37,377 nucleotides of DNA from Naegleria gruberi. Lineage: Eukaryota. Below the pieces are notes generated by a model that ran no database searches, was not told the DNA's origin, and worked only from the letters and a program-made list of their open reading frames with translations. The stretch lies in NCBI GenBank assembly GCA_000004985.1, contig GG739013.1, one strand, 5' to 3'. Of the stretch, positions 9,001 to 21,000 are shown piece by piece. The stretch's first letter is position 1. Every line of letters begins with the position of its first letter. The position numbers were made by a program, and so were the translations under genes.

Positions 9001-12000
9001 NNNNNNNNNNNNNNNNNNNNNNNNNNNNNNNNNNNNNNNNNNNNNNNNNNNNNNNNNNNNNNNNNNNNNNNNNNNNNNNNNNNNNNNNNNNNNNNNNNNN
9101 NNNNNNNNNNNNNNNNNNNNNNNNNNNNNNNNNNNNNNNNNNNNNNNNNNNNNNNNNNNNNNNNNNNNNNNNNNNNNNNNNNNNNNNNNNNNNNNNNNNN
9201 NNNNNNNNNNNNNNNNNNNNNNNNNNNNNNNNNNNNNNNNNNNNNNNNNNNNNNNNNNNNNNNNNNNNNNNNNNNNNNNNNNNNNNNNNNNNNNNNNNNN
9301 NNNNNNNNNNNNNNNNNNNNNNNNNNNNNNNNNNNNNNNNNNNNNNNNNNNNNNNNNNNNNNNNNNNNNNNNNNNNNNNNNNNNNNNNNNNNNNNNNNNN
9401 NNNNNNNNNNNNNNNNNNNNNNNNNNNNNNNNNNNNNNNNNNNNNNNNNNNNNNNNNNNNNNNNNNNNNNNNNNNNNNNNNNNNNNNNNNNNNNNNNNNN
9501 NNNNNNNNNNNNNNNNNNNNNNNNNNNNNNNNNNNNNNNNNNNNNNNNNNNNNNNNNNNNNNNNNNNNNNNNNNNNNNNNNNNNNNNNNNNNNNNNNNNN
9601 NNNNNNNNNNNNNNNNNNNNNNNNNNNNNNNNNNNNNNNNNNNNNNNNNNNNNNNNNNNNNNNNNNNNNNNNNNNNNNNNNNNNNNNNNNNNNNNNNNNN
9701 NNNNNNNNNNNNNNNNNNNNNNNNNNNNNNNNNNNNNNNNNNNNNNNNNNNNNNNNNNNNNNNNNNNNNNNNNNNNNNNNNNNNNNNNNNNNNNNNNNNN
9801 NNNNNNNNNNNNNNNNNNNNNNNNNNNNNNNNNNNNNNNNNNNNNNNNNNNNNNNNNNNNNNNNNNNNNNNNNNNNNNNNNNNNNNNNNNNNNNNNNNNN
9901 NNNNNNNNNNNNNNNNNNNNNNNNNNNNNNNNNNNNNNNNNNNNNNNNNNNNNNNNNNNNNNNNNNNNNNNNNNNNNNNNNNNNNNNNNNNNNNNNNNNN
10001 NNNNNNNNNNNNNNNNNNNNNNNNNNNNNNNNNNNNNNNNNNNNNNNNNNNNNNNNNNNNNNNNNNNNNNNNNNNNNNNNNNNNNNNNNNNNNNNNNNNN
10101 NNNNNNNNNNNNNNNNNNNNNNNNNNNNNNNNNNNNNNNNNNNNNNNNNNNNNNNNNNNNNNNNNNNNNNNNNNNNNNNNNNNNNNNNNNNNNNNNNNNN
10201 NNNNNNNNNNNNNNNNNNNNNNNNNNNNNNNNNNNNNNNNNNNNNNNNNNNNNNNNNNNNNNNNNNNNNNNNNNNNNNNNNNNNNNNNNNNNNNNNNNNN
10301 NNNNNNNNNNNNNNNNNNNNNNNNNNNNNNNNNNNNNNNNNNNNNNNNNNNNNNNNNNNNNNNNNNNNNNNNNNNNNNNNNNNNNNNNNNNNNNNNNNNN
10401 NNNNNNNNNNNNNNNNNNNNNNNNNNNNNNNNNNNNNNNNNNNNNNNNNNNNNNNNNNNNNNNNNNNNNNNNNNNNNNNNNNNNNNNNNNNNNNNNNNNN
10501 NNNNNNNNNNNNNNNNNNNNNNNNNNNNNNNNNNNNNNNNNNNNNNNNNNNNNNNNNNNNNNNNNNNNNNNNNNNNNNNNNNNNNNNNNNNNNNNNNNNN
10601 NNNNNNNNNNNNNNNNNNNNNNNNNNNNNNNNNNNNNNNNNNNNNNNNNNNNNNNNNNNNNNNNNNNNNNNNNNNNNNNNNNNNNNNNNNNNNNNNNNNN
10701 NNNNNNNNNNNNNNNNNNNNNNNNNNNNNNNNNNNNNNNNNNNNNNNNNNNNNNNNNNNNNNNNNNNNNNNNNNNNNNNNNNNNNNNNNNNNNNNNNNNN
10801 NNNNNNNNNNNNNNNNNNNNNNNNNNNNNNNNNNNNNNNNNNNNNNNNNNNNNNNNNNNNNNNNNNNNNNNNNNNNNNNNNNNNNNNNNNNNNNNNNNNN
10901 NNNNNNNNNNNNNNNNNNNNNNNNNNNNNNNNNNNNNNNNNNNNNNNNNNNNNNNNNNNNNNNNNNNNNNNNNNNNNNNNNNNNNNNNNNNNNNNNNNNN
11001 NNNNNNNNNNNNNNNNNNNNNNNNNNNNNNNNNNNNNNNNNNNNNNNNNNNNNNNNNNNNNNNNNNNNNNNNNNNNNNNNNNNNNNNNNNNNNNNNNNNN
11101 NNNNNNNNNNNNNNNNNNNNNNNNNNNNNNNNNNNNNNNNNNNNNNNNNNNNNNNNNNNNNNNNNNNNNNNNNNNNNNNNNNNNNNNNNNNNNNNNNNNN
11201 NNNNNNNNNNNNNNNNNNNNNNNNNNNNNNNNNNNNNNNNNNNNNNNNNNNNNNNNNNNNNNNNNNNNNNNNNNNNNNNNNNNNNNNNNNNNNNNNNNNN
11301 NNNNNNNNNNNNNNNNNNNNNNNNNNNNNNNNNNNNNNNNNNNNNNNNNNNNNNNNNNNNNNNNNNNNNNNNNNNNNNNNNNNNNNNNNNNNNNNNNNNN
11401 NNNNNNNNNNNNNNNNNNNNNNNNNNNNNNNNNNNNNNNNNNNNNNNNNNNNNNNNNNNNNNNNNNNNNNNNNNNNNNNNNNNNNNNNNNNNNNNNNNNN
11501 NNNNNNNNNNNNNNNNNNNNNNNNNNNNNNNNNNNNNNNNNNNNNNNNNNNNNNNNNNNNNNNNNNNNNNNNNNNNNNNNNNNNNNNNNNNNNNNNNNNN
11601 NNNNNNNNNNNNNNNNNNNNNNNNNNNNNNNNNNNNNNNNNNNNNNNNNNNNNNNNNNNNNNNNNNNNNNNNNNNNNNNNNNNNNNNNNNNNNNNNNNNN
11701 NNNNNNNNNNNNNNNNNNNNNNNNNNNNNNNNNNNNNNNNNNNNNNNNNNNNNNNNNNNNNNNNNNNNNNNNNNNNNNNNNNNNNNNNNNNNNNNNNNNN
11801 NNNNNNNNNNNNNNNNNNNNNNNNNNNNNNNNNNNNNNNNNNNNNNNNNNNNNNNNNNNNNNNNNNNNNNNNNNNNNNNNNNNNNNNNNNNNNNNNNNNN
11901 NNNNNNNNNNNNNNNNNNNNNNNNNNNNNNNNNNNNNNNNNNNNNNNNNNNNNNNNNNNNNNNNNNNNNNNNNNNNNNNNNNNNNNNNNNNNNNNNNNNN

Positions 12001-15000
12001 NNNNNNNNNNNNNNNNNNNNNNNNNNNNNNNNNNNNNNNNNNNNNNNNNNNNNNNNNNNNNNNNNNNNNNNNNNNNNNNNNNNNNNNNNNNNNNNNNNNN
12101 NNNNNNNNNNNNNNNNNNNNNNNNNNNNNNNNNNNNNNNNNNNNNNNNNNNNNNNNNNNNNNNNNNNNNNNNNNNNNNNNNNNNNNNNNNNNNNNNNNNN
12201 NNNNNNNNNNNNNNNNNNNNNNNNNNNNNNNNNNNNNNNNNNNNNNNNNNNNNNNNNNNNNNNNNNNNNNNNNNNNNNNNNNNNNNNNNNNNNNNNNNNN
12301 NNNNNNNNNNNNNNNNNNNNNNNNNNNNNNNNNNNNNNNNNNNNNNNNNNNNNNNNNNNNNNNNNNNNNNNNNNNNNNNNNNNNNNNNNNNNNNNNNNNN
12401 NNNNNNNNNNNNNNNNNNNNNNNNNNNNNNNNNNNNNNNNNNNNNNNNNNNNNNNNNNNNNNNNNNNNNNNNNNNNNNNNNNNNNNNNNNNNNNNNNNNN
12501 NNNNNNNNNNNNNNNNNNNNNNNNNNNNNNNNNNNNNNNNNNNNNNNNNNNNNNNNNNNNNNNNNNNNNNNNNNNNNNNNNNNNNNNNNNNNNNNNNNNN
12601 NNNNNNNNNNNNNNNNNNNNNNNNNNNNNNNNNNNNNNNNNNNNNNNNNNNNNNNNNNNNNNNNNNNNNNNNNNNNNNNNNNNNNNNNNNNNNNNNNNNN
12701 NNNNNNNNNNNNNNNNNNNNNNNNNNNNNNNNNNNNNNNNNNNNNNNNNNNNNNNNNNNNNNNNNNNNNNNNNNNNNNNNNNNNNNNNNNNNNNNNNNNN
12801 NNNNNNNNNNNNNNNNNNNNNNNNNNNNNNNNNNNNNNNNNNNNNNNNNNNNNNNNNNNNNNNNNNNNNNNNNNNNNNNNNNNNNNNNNNNNNNNNNNNN
12901 NNNNNNNNNNNNNNNNNNNNNNNNNNNNNNNNNNNNNNNNNNNNNNNNNNNNNNNNNNNNNNNNNNNNNNNNNNNNNNNNNNNNNNNNNNNNNNNNNNNN
13001 NNNNNNNNNNNNNNNNNNNNNNNNNNNNNNNNNNNNNNNNNNNNNNNNNNNNNNNNNNNNNNNNNNNNNNNNNNNNNNNNNNNNNNNNNNNNNNNNNNNN
13101 NNNNNNNNNNNNNNNNNNNNNNNNNNNNNNNNNNNNNNNNNNNNNNNNNNNNNNNNNNNNNNNNNNNNNNNNNNNNNNNNNNNNNNNNNNNNNNNNNNNN
13201 NNNNNNNNNNNNNNNNNNNNNNNNNNNNNNNNNNNNNNNNNNNNNNNNNNNNNNNNNNNNNNNNNNNNNNNNNNNNNNNNNNNNNNNNNNNNNNNNNNNN
13301 NNNNNNNNNNNNNNNNNNNNNNNNNNNNNNNNNNNNNNNNNNNNNNNNNNNNNNNNNNNNNNNNNNNNNNNNNNNNNNNNNNNNNNNNNNNNNNNNNNNN
13401 NNNNNNNNNNNNNNNNNNNNNNNNNNNNNNNNNNNNNNNNNNNNNNNNNNNNNNNNNNNNNNNNNNNNNNNNNNNNNNNNNNNNNNNNNNNNNNNNNNNN
13501 NNNNNNNNNNNNNNNNNNNNNNNNNNNNNNNNNNNNNNNNNNNNNNNNNNNNNNNNNNNNNNNNNNNNNNNNNNNNNNNNNNNNNNNNNNNNNNNNNNNN
13601 NNNNNNNNNNNNNNNNNNNNNNNNNNNNNNNNNNNNNNNNNNNNNNNNNNNNNNNNNNNNNNNNNNNNNNNNNNNNNNNNNNNNNNNNNNNNNNNNNNNN
13701 NNNNNNNNNNNNNNNNNNNNNNNNNNNNNNNNNNNNNNNNNNNNNNNNNNNNNNNNNNNNNNNNNNNNNNNNNNNNNNNNNNNNNNNNNNNNNNNNNNNN
13801 NNNNNNNNNNNNNNNNNNNNNNNNNNNNNNNNNNNNNNNNNNNNNNNNNNNNNNNNNNNNNNNNNNNNNNNNNNNNNNNNNNNNNNNNNNNNNNNNNNNN
13901 NNNNNNNNNNNNNNNNNNNNNNNNNNNNNNNNNNNNNNNNNNNNNNNNNNNNNNNNNNNNNNNNNNNNNNNNNNNNNNNNNNNNNNNNNNNNNNNNNNNN
14001 NNNNNNNNNNNNNNNNNNNNNNNNNNNNNNNNNNNNNNNNNNNNNNNNNNNNNNNNNNNNNNNNNNNNNNNNNNNNNNNNNNNNNNNNNNNNNNNNNNNN
14101 NNNNNNNNNNNNNNNNNNNNNNNNNNNNNNNNNNNNNNNNNNNNNNNNNNNNNNNNNNNNNNNNNNNNNNNNNNNNNNNNNNNNNNNNNNNNNNNNNNNN
14201 NNNNNNNNNNNNNNNNNNNNNNNNNNNNNNNNNNNNNNNNNNNNNNNNNNNNNNNNNNNNNNNNNNNNNNNNNNNNNNNNNNNNNNNNNNNNNNNNNNNN
14301 NNNNNNNNNNNNNNNNNNNNNNNNNNNNNNNNNNNNNNNNNNNNNNNNNNNNNNNNNNNNNNNNNNNNNNNNNNNNNNNNNNNNNNNNNNNNNNNNNNNN
14401 NNNNNNNNNNNNNNNNNNNNNNNNNNNNNNNNNNNNNNNNNNNNNNNNNNNNNNNNNNNNNNNNNNNNNNNNNNNNNNNNNNNNNNNNNNNNNNNNNNNN
14501 NNNNNNNNNNNNNNNNNNNNNNNNNNNNNNNNNNNNNNNNNNNNNNNNNNNNNNNNNNNNNNNNNNNNNNNNNNNNNNNNNNNNNNNNNNNNNNNNNNNN
14601 NNNNNNNNNNNNNNNNNNNNNNNNNNNNNNNNNNNNNNNNNNNNNNNNNNNNNNNNNNNNNNNNNNNNNNNNNNNNNNNNNNNNNNNNNNNNNNNNNNNN
14701 NNNNNNNNNNNNNNNNNNNNNNNNNNNNNNNNNNNNNNNNNNNNNNNNNNNNNNNNNNNNNNNNNNNNNNNNNNNNNNNNNNNNNNNNNNNNNNNNNNNN
14801 NNNNNNNNNNNNNNNNNNNNNNNNNNNNNNNNNNNNNNNNNNNNNNNNNNNNNNNNNNNNNNNNNNNNNNNNNNNNNNNNNNNNNNNNNNNNNNNNNNNN
14901 NNNNNNNNNNNNNNNNNNNNNNNNNNNNNNNNNNNNNNNNNNNNNNNNNNNNNNNNNNNNNNNNNNNNNNNNNNNNNNNNNNNNNNNNNNNNNNNNNNNN

Positions 15001-18000
15001 NNNNNNNNNNNNNNNNNNNNNNNNNNNNNNNNNNNNNNNNNNNNNNNNNNNNNNNNNNNNNNNNNNNNNNNNNNNNNNNNNNNNNNNNNNNNNNNNNNNN
15101 NNNNNNNNNNNNNNNNNNNNNNNNNNNNNNNNNNNNNNNNNNNNNNNNNNNNNNNNNNNNNNNNNNNNNNNNNNNNNNNNNNNNNNNNNNNNNNNNNNNN
15201 NNNNNNNNNNNNNNNNNNNNNNNNNNNNNNNNNNNNNNNNNNNNNNNNNNNNNNNNNNNNNNNNNNNNNNNNNNNNNNNNNNNNNNNNNNNNNNNNNNNN
15301 NNNNNNNNNNNNNNNNNNNNNNNNNNNNNNNNNNNNNNNNNNNNNNNNNNNNNNNNNNNNNNNNNNNNNNNNNNNNNNNNNNNNNNNNNNNNNNNNNNNN
15401 NNNNNNNNNNNNNNNNNNNNNNNNNNNNNNNNNNNNNNNNNNNNNNNNNNNNNNNNNNNNNNNNNNNNNNNNNNNNNNNNNNNNNNNNNNNNNNNNNNNN
15501 NNNNNNNNNNNNNNNNNNNNNNNNNNNNNNNNNNNNNNNNNNNNNNNNNNNNNNNNNNNNNNNNNNNNNNNNNNNNNNNNNNNNNNNNNNNNNNNNNNNN
15601 NNNNNNNNNNNNNNNNNNNNNNNNNNNNNNNNNNNNNNNNNNNNNNNNNNNNNNNNNNNNNNNNNNNNNNNNNNNNNNNNNNNNNNNNNNNNNNNNNNNN
15701 NNNNNNNNNNNNNNNNNNNNNNNNNNNNNNNNNNNNNNNNNNNNNNNNNNNNNNNNNNNNNNNNNNNNNNNNNNNNNNNNNNNNNNNNNNNNNNNNNNNN
15801 NNNNNNNNNNNNNNNNNNNNNNNNNNNNNNNNNNNNNNNNNNNNNNNNNNNNNNNNNNNNNNNNNNNNNNNNNNNNNNNNNNNNNNNNNNNNNNNNNNNN
15901 NNNNNNNNNNNNNNNNNNNNNNNNNNNNNNNNNNNNNNNNNNNNNNNNNNNNNNNNNNNNNNNNNNNNNNNNNNNNNNNNNNNNNNNNNNNNNNNNNNNN
16001 NNNNNNNNNNNNNNNNNNNNNNNNNNNNNNNNNNNNNNNNNNNNNNNNNNNNNNNNNNNNNNNNNNNNNNNNNNNNNNNNNNNNNNNNNNNNNNNNNNNN
16101 NNNNNNNNNNNNNNNNNNNNNNNNNNNNNNNNNNNNNNNNNNNNNNNNNNNNNNNNNNNNNNNNNNNNNNNNNNNNNNNNNNNNNNNNNNNNNNNNNNNN
16201 NNNNNNNNNNNNNNNNNNNNNNNNNNNNNNNNNNNNNNNNNNNNNNNNNNNNNNNNNNNNNNNNNNNNNNNNNNNNNNNNNNNNNNNNNNNNNNNNNNNN
16301 NNNNNNNNNNNNNNNNNNNNNNNNNNNNNNNNNNNNNNNNNNNNNNNNNNNNNNNNNNNNNNNNNNNNNNNNNNNNNNNNNNNNNNNNNNNNNNNNNNNN
16401 NNNNNNNNNNNNNNNNNNNNNNNNNNNNNNNNNNNNNNNNNNNNNNNNNNNNNNNNNNNNNNNNNNNNNNNNNNNNNNNNNNNNNNNNNNNNNNNNNNNN
16501 NNNNNNNNNNNNNNNNNNNNNNNNNNNNNNNNNNNNNNNNNNNNNNNNNNNNNNNNNNNNNNNNNNNNNNNNNNNNNNNNNNNNNNNNNNNNNNNNNNNN
16601 NNNNNNNNNNNNNNNNNNNNNNNNNNNNNNNNNNNNNNNNNNNNNNNNNNNNNNNNNNNNNNNNNNNNNNNNNNNNNNNNNNNNNNNNNNNNNNNNNNNN
16701 NNNNNNNNNNNNNNNNNNNNNNNNNNNNNNNNNNNNNNNNNNNNNNNNNNNNNNNNNNNNNNNNNNNNNNNNNNNNNNNNNNNNNNNNNNNNNNNNNNNN
16801 NNNNNNNNNNNNNNNNNNNNNNNNNNNNNNNNNNNNNNNNNNNNNNNNNNNNNNNNNNNNNNNNNNNNNNNNNNNNNNNNNNNNNNNNNNNNNNNNNNNN
16901 NNNNNNNNNNNNNNNNNNNNNNNNNNNNNNNNNNNNNNNNNNNNNNNNNNNNNNNNNNNNNNNNNNNNNNNNNNNNNNNNNNNNNNNNNNNNNNNNNNNN
17001 NNNNNNNNNNNNNNNNNNNNNNNNNNNNNNNNNNNNNNNNNNNNNNNNNNNNNNNNNNNNNNNNNNNNNNNNNNNNNNNNNNNNNNNNNNNNNNNNNNNN
17101 NNNNNNNNNNNNNNNNNNNNNNNNNNNNNNNNNNNNNNNNNNNNNNNNNNNNNNNNNNNNNNNNNNNNNNNNNNNNNNNNNNNNNNNNNNNNNNNNNNNN
17201 NNNNNNNNNNNNNNNNNNNNNNNNNNNNNNNNNNNNNNNNNNNNNNNNNNNNNNNNNNNNNNNNNNNNNNNNNNNNNNNNNNNNNNNNNNNNNNNNNNNN
17301 NNNNNNNNNNNNNNNNNNNNNNNNNNNNNNNNNNNNNNNNNNNNNNNNNNNNNNNNNNNNNNNNNNNNNNNNNNNNNNNNNNNNNNNNNNNNNNNNNNNN
17401 NNNNNNNNNNNNNNNNNNNNNNNNNNNNNNNNNNNNNNNNNNNNNNNNNNNNNNNNNNNNNNNNNNNNNNNNNNNNNNNNNNNNNNNNNNNNNNNNNNNN
17501 NNNNNNNNNNNNNNNNNNNNNNNNNNNNNNNNNNNNNNNNNNNNNNNNNNNNNNNNNNNNNNNNNNNNNNNNNNNNNNNNNNNNNNNNNNNNNNNNNNNN
17601 NNNNNNNNNNNNNNNNNNNNNNNNNNNNNNNNNNNNNNNNNNNNNNNNNNNNNNNNNNNNNNNNNNNNNNNNNNNNNNNNNNNNNNNNNNNNNNNNNNNN
17701 NNNNNNNNNNNNNNNNNNNNNNNNNNNNNNNNNNNNNNNNNNNNNNNNNNNNNNNNNNNNNNNNNNNNNNNNNNNNNNNNNNNNNNNNNNNNNNNNNNNN
17801 NNNNNNNNNNNNNNNNNNNNNNNNNNNNNNNNNNNNNNNNNNNNNNNNNNNNNNNNNNNNNNNNNNNNNNNNNNNNNNNNNNNNNNNNNNNNNNNNNNNN
17901 NNNNNNNNNNNNNNNNNNNNNNNNNNNNNNNNNNNNNNNNNNNNNNNNNNNNNNNNNNNNNNNNNNNNNNNNNNNNNNNNNNNNNNNNNNNNNNNNNNNN

Positions 18001-21000
18001 NNNNNNNNNNNNNNNNNNNNNNNNNNNNNNNNNNNNNNNNNNNNNNNNNNNNNNNNNNNNNNNNNNNNNNNNNNNNNNNNNNNNNNNNNNNNNNNNNNNN
18101 NNNNNNNNNNNNNNNNNNNNNNNNNNNNNNNNNNNNNNNNNNNNNNNNNNNNNNNNNNNNNNNNNNNNNNNNNNNNNNNNNNNNNNNNNNNNNNNNNNNN
18201 NNNNNNNNNNNNNNNNNNNNNNNNNNNNNNNNNNNNNNNNNNNNNNNNNNNNNNNNNNNNNNNNNNNNNNNNNNNNNNNNNNNNNNNNNNNNNNNNNNNN
18301 NNNNNNNNNNNNNNNNNNNNNNNNNNNNNNNNNNNNNNNNNNNNNNNNNNNNNNNNNNNNNNNNNNNNNNNNNNNNNNNNNNNNNNNNNNNNNNNNNNNN
18401 NNNNNNNNNNNNNNNNNNNNNNNNNNNNNNNNNNNNNNNNNNNNNNNNNNNNNNNNNNNNNNNNNNNNNNNNNNNNNNNNNNNNNNNNNNNNNNNNNNNN
18501 NNNNNNNNNNNNNNNNNNNNNNNNNNNNNNNNNNNNNNNNNNNNNNNNNNNNNNNNNNNNNNNNNNNNNNNNNNNNNNNNNNNNNNNNNNNNNNNNNNNN
18601 NNNNNNNNNNNNNNNNNNNNNNNNNNNNNNNNNNNNNNNNNNNNNNNNNNNNNNNNNNNNNNNNNNNNNNNNNNNNNNNNNNNNNNNNNNNNNNNNNNNN
18701 NNNNNNNNNNNNNNNNNNNNNNNNNNNNNNNNNNNNNNNNNNNNNNNNNNNNNNNNNNNNNNNNNNNNNNNNNNNNNNNNNNNNNNNNNNNNNNNNNNNN
18801 NNNNNNNNNNNNNNNNNNNNNNNNNNNNNNNNNNNNNNNNNNNNNNNNNNNNNNNNNNNNNNNNNNNNNNNNNNNNNNNNNNNNNNNNNNNNNNNNNNNN
18901 NNNNNNNNNNNNNNNNNNNNNNNNNNNNNNNNNNNNNNNNNNNNNNNNNNNNNNNNNNNNNNNNNNNNNNNNNNNNNNNNNNNNNNNNNNNNNNNNNNNN
19001 NNNNNNNNNNNNNNNNNNNNNNNNNNNNNNNNNNNNNNNNNNNNNNNNNNNNNNNNNNNNNNNNNNNNNNNNNNNNNNNNNNNNNNNNNNNNNNNNNNNN
19101 NNNNNNNNNNNNNNNNNNNNNNNNNNNNNNNNNNNNNNNNNNNNNNNNNNNNNNNNNNNNNNNNNNNNNNNNNNNNNNNNNNNNNNNNNNNNNNNNNNNN
19201 NNNNNNNNNNNNNNNNNNNNNNNNNNNNNNNNNNNNNNNNNNNNNNNNNNNNNNNNNNNNNNNNNNNNNNNNNNNNNNNNNNNNNNNNNNNNNNNNNNNN
19301 NNNNNNNNNNNNNNNNNNNNNNNNNNNNNNNNNNNNNNNNNNNNNNNNNNNNNNNNNNNNNNNNNNNNNNNNNNNNNNNNNNNNNNNNNNNNNNNNNNNN
19401 NNNNNNNNNNNNNNNNNNNNNNNNNNNNNNNNNNNNNNNNNNNNNNNNNNNNNNNNNNNNNNNNNNNNNNNNNNNNNNNNNNNNNNNNNNNNNNNNNNNN
19501 NNNNNNNNNNNNNNNNNNNNNNNNNNNNNNNNNNNNNNNNNNNNNNNNNNNNNNNNNNNNNNNNNNNNNNNNNNNNNNNNNNNNNNNNNNNNNNNNNNNN
19601 NNNNNNNNNNNNNNNNNNNNNNNNNNNNNNNNNNNNNNNNNNNNNNNNNNNNNNNNNNNNNNNNNNNNNNNNNNNNNNNNNNNNNNNNNNNNNNNNNNNN
19701 NNNNNNNNNNNNNNNNNNNNNNNNNNNNNNNNNNNNNNNNNNNNNNNNNNNNNNNNNNNNNNNNNNNNNNNNNNNNNNNNNNNNNNNNNNNNNNNNNNNN
19801 NNNNNNNNNNNNNNNNNNNNNNNNNNNNNNNNNNNNNNNNNNNNNNNNNNNNNNNNNNNNNNNNNNNNNNNNNNNNNNNNNNNNNNNNNNNNNNNNNNNN
19901 NNNNNNNNNNNNNNNNNNNNNNNNNNNNNNNNNNNNNNNNNNNNNNNNNNNNNNNNNNNNNNNNNNNNNNNNNNNNNNNNNNNNNNNNNNNNNNNNNNNN
20001 NNNNNNNNNNNNNNNNNNNNNNNNNNNNNNNNNNNNNNNNNNNNNNNNNNNNNNNNNNNNNNNNNNNNNNNNNNNNNNNNNNNNNNNNNNNNNNNNNNNN
20101 NNNNNNNNNNNNNNNNNNNNNNNNNNNNNNNNNNNNNNNNNNNNNNNNNNNNNNNNNNNNNNNNNNNNNNNNNNNNNNNNNNNNNNNNNNNNNNNNNNNN
20201 NNNNNNNNNNNNNNNNNNNNNNNNNNNNNNNNNNNNNNNNNNNNNNNNNNNNNNNNNNNNNNNNNNNNNNNNNNNNNNNNNNNNNNNNNNNNNNNNNNNN
20301 NNNNNNNNNNNNNNNNNNNNNNNNNNNNNNNNNNNNNNNNNNNNNNNNNNNNNNNNNNNNNNNNNNNNNNNNNNNNNNNNNNNNNNNNNNNNNNNNNNNN
20401 NNNNNNNNNNNNNNNNNNNNNNNNNNNNNNNNNNNNNNNNNNNNNNNNNNNNNNNNNNNNNNNNNNNNNNNNNNNNNNNNNNNNNNNNNNNNNNNNNNNN
20501 NNNNNNNNNNNNNNNNNNNNNNNNNNNNNNNNNNNNNNNNNNNNNNNNNNNNNNNNNNNNNNNNNNNNNNNNNNNNNNNNNNNNNNNNNNNNNNNNNNNN
20601 NNNNNNNNNNNNNNNNNNNNNNNNNNNNNNNNNNNNNNNNNNNNNNNNNNNNNNNNNNNNNNNNNNNNNNNNNNNNNNNNNNNNNNNNNNNNNNNNNNNN
20701 NNNNNNNNNNNNNNNNNNNNNNNNNNNNNNNNNNNNNNNNNNNNNNNNNNNNNNNNNNNNNNNNNNNNNNNNNNNNNNNNNNNNNNNNNNNNNNNNNNNN
20801 NNNNNNNNNNNNNNNNNNNNNNNNNNNNNNNNNNNNNNNNNNNNNNNNNNNNNNNNNNNNNNNNNNNNNNNNNNNNNNNNNNNNNNNNNNNNNNNNNNNN
20901 NNNNNNNNNNNNNNNNNNNNNNNNNNNNNNNNNNNNNNNNNNNNNNNNNNNNNNNNNNNNNNNNNNNNNNNNNNNNNNNNNNNNNNNNNNNNNNNNNNNN